Positions 28,100 to 37,067 of a stretch of DNA of 64,000 nucleotides are shown piece after piece. Below the pieces are notes generated by a model. The model was not told the origin of the DNA. It saw only the letters and a list, made by a program, of their open reading frames with translations, and did not search any database. Source of the stretch: Oikopleura dioica. Its lineage: Eukaryota > Animalia > Chordata. Made by a program: the position numbers and the translations under genes. Where the stretch lies: positions 15,263,208-15,327,207 of the forward strand of contig OU015568.1 in the NCBI GenBank assembly GCA_907165135.1, read 5' to 3'. Within the stretch, counting starts at the first letter, position 1; each line of letters starts with the position of its first letter.

Positions 28100-29400
28100 A
28101 TTTTTGGAATTTTCTTAACTCAAACTAAGCGTGTTTGAATCTAGTAAAGACTTTTTGCTTAGGAAAGAAACTTATTTATCACGACAAAATGTTTCTTGCG
28201 TCTCTTCTTGGGAAAAATAGTCATCGAAATTAAGCCAAAAAGGGAGATGTCGCATTCACAATTTCATCGTAACCCGTGGAAAATCTCGGCGGAGAAACTT
28301 AATATGCCCAGGATCCTGGAAAAATGACAGATGTCGGGAAGCATTATAGAATTTTAAAATATTAAAAACCTATTATTTAAGATTATTGAAGTCAAACTAA
28401 TATTGTTTAACTCGTATTAATGTTATTAATTTTAGAAAAGAGACCTCTGACATAAGGAAAATTCGGTTAACGTTTCTTTAGAGTAATAGGATATTTTGTC
28501 ACCAAAAAAAGACCGAGAACTTGAAAACTTTATCCTTCAGTCTGCGATTATCCTGGGATTTTTCAATGGGAAATTTAACACGTCCGAGACCGTTCGAGAA
28601 TGACAGATATCGAGAAGCATTGTTAAATTTTTAATAATAAGAACCAAATATATAAATTTCTTGGAGTCAAACTAACACAAGTAGATCCGTGGTGTGATTA
28701 TTAATCGAAGAAAAGAGAGATCTAGCATAAAGGGATTTCGGCGAACGTCTCTTCTTGAAGACAATAAAGAAAAAAGCGGTCAAATATGATCGATAAATAA
28801 AATTTGACGAGCTGAAGGAGCAATCAAAATTTTTAAAGTCAAACTAGGCACATTTTAGTCAAGTTAACCCTTTGATATTAGAAAACAGACATAGATAACG
28901 AGGATAGAATTTTTAACAGTTCTTCTCTCTCTTTGAATAAAGAGTCATCGGAGATAACAAATAAAGGGGGAAGATCTATTTACCATGTCCTCACAGCTCC
29001 TTAACATCTCGACGAAAAAAACTAAACACGCCCGAGATCGTTCGAGAATGACAGATATCGAGAAGCATTGTAAAATTTCGGCAGCACATATTAAATACAT
29101 TCCATTTTGATTTTGGTATTTATTTGCAGAAGCATAATGACTTAACGTTTTCGGAAGAGAGTGTTTATCATCAGAGCCTCGTCTTTTCGTGTAAACTACA
29201 GTTCTATCGTTTAAAGGAGGAATTTAAGAAAAGCAATAAAATGCTGCGATGTTCTACATGTGCGTTATACTCGAGAAGAGCCAAAGCCACATGGTCTACG
29301 TGTTACAAAAAATTTATCCGGGTTTTTCATTATATTTCAACGTAAGGACATCTTTTTAGAATTCTTAAACTCAAACTAGATAAAAGTTGAGCTCAAATAT
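28100..29400 (+). repeat. Degenerate direct repeats related to the 23-kb array
   Basis: aatgacagat(a/g)tcg(a/g)gaagcatt near 28323, 28599, 29047; (g/c)tcaaacta near 28120, 28391, 28666, 28838, 29370. Confidence 0.6.
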
Positions 29401-29665
29401 GATCTCTTTGTTCCAGACGAGACGATAAATCATTAAAATCGTCTCTTTTCATCTAATTGCATTATTTTTTAAACATAATAACTTATAGGACGCCAAATGA
29501 TTGGGAAAACTTGCGCTTGAAGAGAATATCTATAAGACAAACAGATTCCGAAAAAATGAGAGATGGCAACCCTCTCTTAGAAGGCGCGGAAGAGATGATT
29601 TCCTGCTTTCGCAAACGCCTCTTTCGATGGAAAAGAGACATTTTACAAATAGTTAAGACTGTTAA

Positions 29666-29911
29666 ATGAACCCTAGATACAACCACGTATTGAGGATACT
29701 CATGAACGAAAACTTCAGCGAATATGGATCAAGACTGTTAATCCGATTTGCCGACGGAACGTTTTCTGAATGTTTCACCTCAACACTCGGGACCGACTTC
29801 AAAATTAAAAGTTATGAGCTTAGTGGGAAAATATTTAAACTTCTGATAACAGACTCTAAAGTCGGGAGTAACGATCAGTTCCTTGAAAAAAATCTCGACT
29901 TGGGACAATAA
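29666..29911 (+). CDS. Truncated Rab1-like protein (81 aa) with degenerate P-loop
   Basis: MNPRY...LLIRFADGTFSECFTSTLGTDFKIKSYELSGKIFKLLI aligns with Rab1 MNPEY...[38 protein letters not shown]. GxxxxGKS and DTAGQ are lost. Confidence 0.8.
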   Translation: MNPRYNHVLRILMNENFSEYGSRLLIRFADGTFSECFTSTLGTDFKIKSYELSGKIFKLLITDSKVGSNDQFLEKNLDLGQ

Positions 29912-29976
29912 AAGAGACGATTGGAATGCCTCCAAAGCAATCACCATCATAACTTACCATAAACTTAAGGACGAAA

Positions 29977-30405
29977 ATGAAACAAGAGACCCTTCAAAGC
30001 TTGAGAAATCGATACTTGGACCTCATTCCAGAAATACTCTACAGAAATAAACAGTACCACGTCATCTCAAAATTCGAAGGAAATATCGACTCAATAGCAT
30101 TGCTTACAACAAGAGTAATAAACAGCACGACGCTACAACAAATGAGCGCGCAAAAGGGATTGAATAAACTGAAGAAGTTTTTGCAAAACGAAGCAAGTCC
30201 AAAAACACTCGAAGAGCTACTACACTGGCATTTTCATGTAGCTTTAAGAATCAGATCAACCCAAACTGCAGAAGCATACAATCAACAAGCACAACGCGAG
30301 GCTGCGAAATTTTTCCGAGCACACATAGACAACGAAAAAAACATGGGACATATTAAGCAAGGCGAAGTTGGACGACTGCGAAGTAGCAAGAATTGTCGAT
30401 TTTAA
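29977..30405 (+). CDS. Element cargo, hypothetical 142 aa
   Basis: ATG preceded by the acceptor-like cttaag; A-rich coding bias as in neighbours. Confidence 0.55.
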   Translation: MKQETLQSLRNRYLDLIPEILYRNKQYHVISKFEGNIDSIALLTTRVINSTTLQQMSAQKGLNKLKKFLQNEASPKTLEELLHWHFHVALRIRSTQTAEAYNQQAQREAAKFFRAHIDNEKNMGHIKQGEVGRLRSSKNCRF

Positions 30406-30645
30406 CCTGCGAAGCCTAGCATCTCGCATAGAACGAAGGCTATTGCGTGAAGCGGTTGCTCGGGCCGGATTTAGAAGAAATCGGCATCAAATTGAAATTG
30501 AAGGACAAAACATACGCCCACTACTGTTCACGGGAAAGCTACCGGAAGGCTTTAGCCGACGACGGGGCTGACCCAAGCACCTTCCTAATCAAGTCAAAGT
30601 AGAGTCATCAGTCTTAGTATCATTCTTTCAGAATCGAAATCCAAC

Positions 30646-30837
30646 ATGGGGAATATTATTCGCATCATTCATACAATCATTGAAGCCCTCACGATAGTCG
30701 TTAGACCAATAAGAAGTGGAAACGAGGAGCACGAAAAAATCGCTGAAGCAACAATAAAAGATGAAACTGACACGAAGGCAAAACCAAAGTCTGACAAAAA
30801 GCCATCAACCCAAGCCAAGCCCTATAAAAAGGGATAA
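30646..30837 (+). CDS. Small cargo ORF (63 aa) starting MGN, amphipathic N-terminus; overlaps capsid paralog
   Basis: Acceptor ttctttcag 14 nt upstream; Gly2. Confidence 0.45.
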   Translation: MGNIIRIIHTIIEALTIVVRPIRSGNEEHEKIAEATIKDETDTKAKPKSDKKPSTQAKPYKKG

Positions 30838-31519
30838 CGAACCAGACTTGGGGGAAATCAGCAACGGAAGGAGAAAACACTGGCAAAAAGAGGACAAATT
30901 CACAAAAATAATAAATAAAGAAAAGGAAAATAGACGAAACGACATCCAAAGAATAATTGATAAACACCTCGGCGAAAATCAGTTCAGAGCATGGAAATCG
31001 GACGAAAAAATATCATTCTGCGAGCACTTGTGCCGAAACGCAAACGCAATTTGCTTTGCCCGAAACTGTGGCCTCTCAGACAAACAATTGGTTACTTTAT
31101 TTATGCTGACCCTACGCAAAGAGGATATGTACATCGAACAACTGCTTGAAGCGGAGGATTTGCACGACTTCGGTCGTTGCCTGAAAAAGATAGGAAAGTA
31201 TCTGGGGGAAAGGGATGTCATGACAGATGAAATCTTCAACGTAAGAAGAAAGCCAGAAGAGTCGCTCCTGACATTCTTTAAACGCCTCACCCTGGTATAC
31301 GAAGCCTCTTCTAGGCATAGCTTGAAGTCCGATCAAACAGCAGCGTTTCTTTACCCATTAGTAAAAAACAATGCTACAAGAACTCAAAAGATTGAGCTTA
31401 GCAGAGTGCTAGAGGTCAACGGAAAGTACAAAAATGCGATTACCTACGCACGCTTGGAATCCGCGATAAAAGTAGCCCAAATAATGGACGACTCAGTCTT
31501 CAATCCGGACCAAGCTTAA
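30761..31519 (+). CDS. Stand-alone capsid (Gag CA) paralog 1, 252 aa
   Basis: Colinear with Gag CA: GLSDKQLVTLFMLTLR vs GLTDSQMVSLFMLTLR; RRKPEESLLTFFKRL vs KRRPQESLLAFFIRL; PLVKNNAT vs PVIKNNAT; AQIMDDS in both. Confidence 0.9.
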   Translation: MKLTRRQNQSLTKSHQPKPSPIKRDNEPDLGEISNGRRKHWQKEDKFTKIINKEKENRRNDIQRIIDKHLGENQFRAWKSDEKISFCEHLCRNANAICFARNCGLSDKQLVTLFMLTLRKEDMYIEQLLEAEDLHDFGRCLKKIGKYLGERDVMTDEIFNVRRKPEESLLTFFKRLTLVYEASSRHSLKSDQTAAFLYPLVKNNATRTQKIELSRVLEVNGKYKNAITYARLESAIKVAQIMDDSVFNPDQA

Positions 31520-31742
31520 TCACCAGCCACCAAAGAAAGGAGATAGTTAAATAGGAATTAAACGCTGAAAAGAGACGCCACATGAGGATTAACCTGCTCA
31601 GGCTTAAAATAACAGATATCGAACTATTACAAGAAACCAAAAGAAGCTATTTTACTGAAAATATCATAACAAAAAAATGAAGGAAAGAACCTTCAAAACC
31701 CATTGGGCTCACACCAAAGAAATAATAATAACATCATTCAGG

Positions 31743-31985
31743 ATGATTCGTTATAGTGAAAGATATCAGGACAATACGTACGAGTATGTCCACGTCACGG
31801 TCCCAAAGTCTTGGGTCCCGAAAATACCGATTGAGCGCCTTATGACAGTACAAGAGTGGCGGGAACTTGGAATAAACCTCCTAACAAATTGGGAACACTA
31901 TTTGAGACATCTTCCCGAACCACACATCCTCTTGTTTCGCCGCAAACGACAAAAGGAGGAGTCTTTTTCAACCCCGACCAAGTAA
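31743..31985 (+). CDS. Cks1/Suc1 CDK regulatory subunit homolog (80 aa)
   Basis: YSERYQDNTYEYVHVTVPK...LMTVQEWRELG...WEHY...HLPEPHILLFRR matches the Cks signature. Confidence 0.92.
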   Translation: MIRYSERYQDNTYEYVHVTVPKSWVPKIPIERLMTVQEWRELGINLLTNWEHYLRHLPEPHILLFRRKRQKEESFSTPTK

Positions 31986-32127
31986 ATAAAGCAACGCGGA
32001 GCGAAGCTAAACCATATTTAAGCATCGATGAAGAAAGAACACAAAACTAAAATTCGAAAATCGCCAATTATTTGCTGCAAAAGCTCTCCGACCAAGAAAT
32101 AGTGTTCAATAAATAGTAAGTTTAGAC

Positions 32128-32601
32128 ATGAATGAAGCAACTACTGTTAGTGGCCTCATTATCGGGTTAATAATCGCAATATTGACCTGCGCCCTAATCT
32201 CCTTGATCCTTGTCGTCGTAACAGCCCGGTTCCTTGAAACCAAATACTACTCGCCAGCCCAGAAGGAAGTCGCCAACAGAATAGCGGCCCAACTAGACGA
32301 ATGCCGAACGTTGGTCCGCCGAATCGACGACAGACTGACAAGACAAGCACAACAACAATCAGCCAGACGAGCGCTACGCAATCAACAAAACAAGTTGGCC
32401 GACCAAGTGAACCTGACACTCCCGCGACGTAAACGATGTCGAAGTGAGGATTTGGATGCAGTGTTCCCGAAGCTGAATCTTGGAGGCGATAACGAAACGG
32501 ACAAAGAAAGCCCGGCTATGCCACCGCCAATGCGCCTTCTTGATCGACGCGAATCAAAAATTATGAAAAGATCCTGCTCCCTTGACAATAATCTCTGCTA
32601 A
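32128..32601 (+). CDS. Single-pass membrane protein with cytosolic coiled coil (157 aa)
   Basis: N-terminal TM GLIIGLIIAILTCALISLILVVV; acceptor tttag 2 nt before ATG. Confidence 0.7.
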   Translation: MNEATTVSGLIIGLIIAILTCALISLILVVVTARFLETKYYSPAQKEVANRIAAQLDECRTLVRRIDDRLTRQAQQQSARRALRNQQNKLADQVNLTLPRRKRCRSEDLDAVFPKLNLGGDNETDKESPAMPPPMRLLDRRESKIMKRSCSLDNNLC

Positions 32602-32672
32602 AAGAATCAGTTAATTGTGAATAGCGAATATCGTAGAACTATAATAACCCTACCAGAAAACCCCACTTCAGC

Positions 32673-33232
32673 ATGACTTTTAATGAAAGCATCGGCCGAA
32701 TTCCAACAAAAGATACGCAAAGCGAATACCTCAGGACTATTCCATCTATCCTGCGAGGAGACGAAGTTGCCAACGTGTTCCAAGCAAGAAAAACAAAGTC
32801 AGCCATTGGCGTTTTGAAAATCATACTTGCCGAATTAATGCGGTCGGAAAAAGCAGTAATGACGCCCGCAGAAGCCTTAGATCATCTAAGAAGCTACCTT
32901 AATACCCACCCAAAAGCAGAATCAGCATCAAGCATCCTCGATTTCCATTGGAGAATTACATTCACCCTGGCAAGCACAAAAGGAAAGAAAAAACTCACGA
33001 AAAGGCCTTGGGCCTAGTCGCAAACTTCATCGACAATCATCTTCTCTCCAAAAGCTTCTTTGAAGAGCTGAAATATGCAAATTTTCACCTCCAAAGCTGT
33101 AGGGAAATATCAAAGAAAAGATGCATTGTCGCCAGGGAGGAGCTGCAAGCAATTCGCGCAGGAGCCGCTGCAAAGAATAGACGTACAATAAAAAATGGCC
33201 TAAGAAGACGAGTCATCATCACAAAAAAGTAA
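32673..33232 (+). CDS. Element cargo, hypothetical (two overlapping ORFs, probably one gene with a 1-nt frameshift near 32942)
   Basis: ORFs 32673-33017 and 32948-33232 overlap; one extra T in gatttc joins them. Confidence 0.5.
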
Positions 33233-33336
33233 AGAAACATGCTCCCTTTTCCAATGACTAAAACCTTCTAGTGCAAGCCAGCCGAGGATAATCAACAACG
33301 AAGAAAGCAAAAAGACAATTTAAAATTAAGGATTAC

Positions 33337-34116
33337 ATGGACTGTACAAAACATCTCAAAAAAATGTCACCCGAAATAGAACAAAGAAATTATAAAGTCC
33401 AAGTAGCAATAATAAGCAATTTCAGTATGAACTCAATCGAAAGAAAACACTTCTTCGTGTGGAACGTCTTACCAGTGTGCTTCGGTGACCAAATCGCTCC
33501 AAATAGGCTGCCATTTCCGGAATTGTGTGAACTCAGTGGCTTCAAGGCCCTCTTGGACCAACTCATCAACGATCTGTCCGACTTGCAGATCATTACCGAC
33601 GGACTCATAAACGAACTCAAGACGAGACCGGAACGAATCAGACCATTGCTAAAGCGATACGCGCAGGACGCAAATAGAACCCCCACGTGCGTCGCATGGA
33701 CTTTCTTCTATGCAACTCTCGGAACCTATCTCTGTCTTCGAGAAGAATCACACGACCCCCGGATCTATCAGAGATGGAGAAACTGCCTTCTCGAAATCGC
33801 AAACACAAGGCTTGACGACAGCGCCTTCAACTTCGAACTCGCCCCAACCCTATACCTTCTTAGCCGCTCACGAGCTACAGCAATCGGGTCAATCATTGAT
33901 GCTTCCAGACAAGCCGACCAGGAAAGGGAACAAGACAGCGGAAACGAAGGCACTGAAAGTGGATCGGACATCGCCGAAGAGGATTTTCTGCCAGCCAACA
34001 GTGAAATCAATGGGAATGAAGAGCAAGAGCAAGTACTCGAACAACCAAACTCAATGGAGTCCTCACCAGCAAACAAAGCAGCGCCTGAACGTCCCGAAGA
34101 GGAGACATCTCTATAA
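33337..34116 (+). CDS. Element cargo, hypothetical 259 aa with acidic tail containing DSGNEGTES
   Basis: Long ORF with acceptor-like aattaag upstream. Confidence 0.7.
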   Translation: MDCTKHLKKMSPEIEQRNYKVQVAIISNFSMNSIERKHFFVWNVLPVCFGDQIAPNRLPFPELCELSGFKALLDQLINDLSDLQIITDGLINELKTRPERIRPLLKRYAQDANRTPTCVAWTFFYATLGTYLCLREESHDPRIYQRWRNCLLEIANTRLDDSAFNFELAPTLYLLSRSRATAIGSIIDASRQADQEREQDSGNEGTESGSDIAEEDFLPANSEINGNEEQEQVLEQPNSMESSPANKAAPERPEEETSL

Positions 34117-34336
34117 GAAGGTAAACACCAGGCACTAGGAAACGACTAACACTAATTCAAGGGCAAAATTCAATCATACATGAAGAAAGAAGCAGTGAAA
34201 AGAGAAAGTCATAAGTACTATTTTCTGACCAAACATAAATCCAATTTTCGACGTGAACTGTAACTAAAAACTAGAAAAATCGTTAACTTAGCATTGAATT
34301 CAACAAGGAAAATTTAGACTGAAAATCAATAAAACC

Positions 34337-34912
34337 ATGTCTCAAAAGGAAAGTCGGCTCGCAAGCGTAGAAGACCTCCTTAACGGAACAGTAAGAAGCC
34401 CAATCCAGTTGTCGCTTTTCAAGGAAACACTGGCCCGGGCAATACTCAAAAAGCCGCAACAGCGATGCAATGACGTGAACGAAGAATGGCTCAGCCCCTT
34501 CTGTGAAGCAGTGAACACTGTAATACGAGCCTCCGAATATTGGCTTGCGGCGCAAACAACGGCAACAAGAATGCGAATTGCAGGAATGCACCATCATCAG
34601 TTAGCCCGCAGAAACTTAGGGTCAACCGAAGACTTAGTATACTTCATTGCCTTTCGAAACATCCAACGATGGCTACAGATTGCGGACCAAGGGTAGGAGC
34701 AAAGAACGGATAATATTCAACCCATAAGAATTTTAAGCTATGACTACTGGTTGATTCTCGAAATCTGGGGATTCTCTTTCAACGAACCCGAAGTGGCGCG
34801 ATGCTTCTACCTGGATGTTCAGGGCTGGACACCGACTCTTCCATCAATCATTCAATATGGCTACCAATGCGCGGCAAAAACGTCACCAATGGGAGACTTC
34901 CGGTTTTTCTAG
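34337..34912 (+). CDS. Element cargo family X, copy 1 (2 exons; intron 34693-34737; 176 aa)
   Basis: Splicing the 45-bp GT-AG intron gives GYDYWLILEIWGFSFNEPEVARCFYLDV, which aligns with intronless paralog 45547 (GFDRAIIKEIGSINVQEPAVAKEFARDV). Confidence 0.8.
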
Positions 34913-35206
34913 GCAATGCTCAAAAGAAGAAATGCGGAACAGCATCAAGCAACGTACTAATTACGTTAACTTAAACAACAGCTGTATGCCACTTATTAAC
35001 AAAATTGATAGTAGTAGAATTGATCTGTGTTATACTTACCCTTCGTACTTATCGATCATCAATTCGAACCAAACTCTGTATCCTACTGTCCGCCATTGTT
35101 ATAACAGTATTTTTTTAAATCCGTAAAAGACTTAATTATGGTCATCGAAGGAAAATTTCAAGAAAGTGAGTAACTATTTTGGTTCAGACAAACGCATAAA
35201 ACAACC

Positions 35207-37057
35207 ATGACAAAACTTATCAAATCAACCAAACAACAAGCTGACTTGTGCAAAGGAGGAACTATCCTCCTGGTCACCAGCACCGATCTCAGCGGGGCAC
35301 TCGCTGCGGCGGTAAAAACCGCAAAGATCGAAGGCAGCTTCCTACTGGCAACATACGAGGAGTCAATCTTTGCCCAGAAATTCGCTAACAGCGCATTACA
35401 ATGGGCAAAGATGAAACAAGCTGCAGAGGAGATATTGGGAGAAAGCCCAAACACTCTGATCTATTTGGACGACTCCCTGGCCCAGCGGCACGGAACCCAA
35501 ATCCCAAGTTCTTCAAAAACTGAACCTGTGCAACAAGTAAAAAGAGAGCCGGGAAAAGGCGAGAGTATCACAGAAGGAGGTCTGGAGGCGAAACCAGACG
35601 TACCGAACGAGCAAGAGACTGAACAAGTCAAAGAGCTCAGGCGACAGATTGAGCGGCTTCGCTTAGAAAATAGCTTGAAGACCGAGAATCTATCAAAAGC
35701 GCTAAGTAAGGTGGGGGCCATAGAAGAGGAACGGAAGGCAAACTGCGAAATGCTTAACCGATACGACGAGATACACAAAGAAATGATCGCAAAAATGGAT
35801 AACGCATCGGAAATCCTCGACAAGGCCAACCATCTTTTTGGTAATCGTAAGCGAGATCACGACAGTAACACCTCAGAAACAGACTCCGAGGAAGAAGATT
35901 GGGACGAACAAAGAGAGAAAGAAGCAGAGGAGCGAAATGCAAGGAAAAGAACGAGCGAACAACGTCAAAAGAAGAGAGGCCGAGAAGAGAATCCCAGTCC
36001 CTCTCGGAGGGAAAGCTCAACAGAGACAACAAGAAAAGAAAAACTGAGCGAGAAAAAGAAGCCAAAGAAGGATGGAGTGGTCCGATTCGTTGGAAACCCA
36101 CAGAAATTCCAATTGAAAAATTGGAAGACGGAAGAGAATATCACCTATTGGGAGCACCTTACAAGGAATAAAATTGCTCTCAACAACGCAAAGCAGAGCG
36201 GGTTAACAGACAGTCAGATGGTGTCACTCTTTATGTTAACCCTCCGCCCCGAAGACGCCTTCATTGAAGAATTGCTGGAAGAATCCTGGAAGAATAATTT
36301 TGAGCTATTTCTGGAAAAAATTGGGAAATTTCTGGCAGGAAGTCAGAGTAGCATGATGAACGATGTATTGACCGCCAAGCGACGGCCTCAGGAATCTCTT
36401 CTTGCATTCTTTATACGGCTTTGCACCATGTTTAAAACATCCTCGGGAAAAGACCCTAAGTCCCAAGAGGCAGCAATGGTGCTTCACCCAGTCATCAAAA
36501 ACAACGCCACTAAAATCCAAAAAACGGAACTAATCCGAGAACTGGAAGCCGGGAAGGCGGCTGACACACCAATAACGTTTGATAAGCTTCAAGCGGCGAT
36601 CAAACAAGCACAAATCATGGATGATTCAAACTTCCATGACGCTCCCGCAGAGCTTGTCTACAACATGGAAGGGGACAAAAGAACGAACACCCAAGAAAAC
36701 CAAGCATGGTCCAACAAGGGGAAAGGGATATCCGAAGCACCCAAGGTTAGCTGGAAGGAGAAAACAAGTGATGAATGGAACAGGGGACCCGCCACCCGGC
36801 CGAACGCAAATCGACCCCCATGGAACCGACAAGAGCGCTTCAGTCGGGGACGAGAACCTTATCCCCGAAGAACTGGACCACGTGAACCCTTATGTTTCAA
36901 CTGCAATGGGCGAGGCCATATGTGGCGCCAATGCAGCAAACCACTCAAAGACCGATTCGTGCGGGCACAAGCACAAGACAAAGCACGAGAGACGCGGGCG
37001 CGAGAGACAAAGACTCCGCCCGGGACAACAACTGCTAAGCCAAAAACCTCGGGCTAA
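35207..37057 (+). CDS. gag: Gag (616 aa): N-terminal extension, coiled coil, capsid, CCHC nucleocapsid
   Basis: Zinc knuckle CFNCNGRGHMWRQC; lies immediately upstream of pol. Confidence 0.92.
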   Translation: MTKLIKSTKQQADLCKGGTILLVTSTDLSGALAAAVKTAKIEGSFLLATYEESIFAQKFANSALQWAKMKQAAEEILGESPNTLIYLDDSLAQRHGTQIPSSSKTEPVQQVKREPGKGESITEGGLEAKPDVPNEQETEQVKELRRQIERLRLENSLKTENLSKALSKVGAIEEERKANCEMLNRYDEIHKEMIAKMDNASEILDKANHLFGNRKRDHDSNTSETDSEEEDWDEQREKEAEERNARKRTSEQRQKKRGREENPSPSRRESSTETTRKEKLSEKKKPKKDGVVRFVGNPQKFQLKNWKTEENITYWEHLTRNKIALNNAKQSGLTDSQMVSLFMLTLRPEDAFIEELLEESWKNNFELFLEKIGKFLAGSQSSMMNDVLTAKRRPQESLLAFFIRLCTMFKTSSGKDPKSQEAAMVLHPVIKNNATKIQKTELIRELEAGKAADTPITFDKLQAAIKQAQIMDDSNFHDAPAELVYNMEGDKRTNTQENQAWSNKGKGISEAPKVSWKEKTSDEWNRGPATRPNANRPPWNRQERFSRGREPYPRRTGPREPLCFNCNGRGHMWRQCSKPLKDRFVRAQAQDKARETRARETKTPPGTTTAKPKTSG

Positions 37058-37067
37058 GGCCCAGGTT

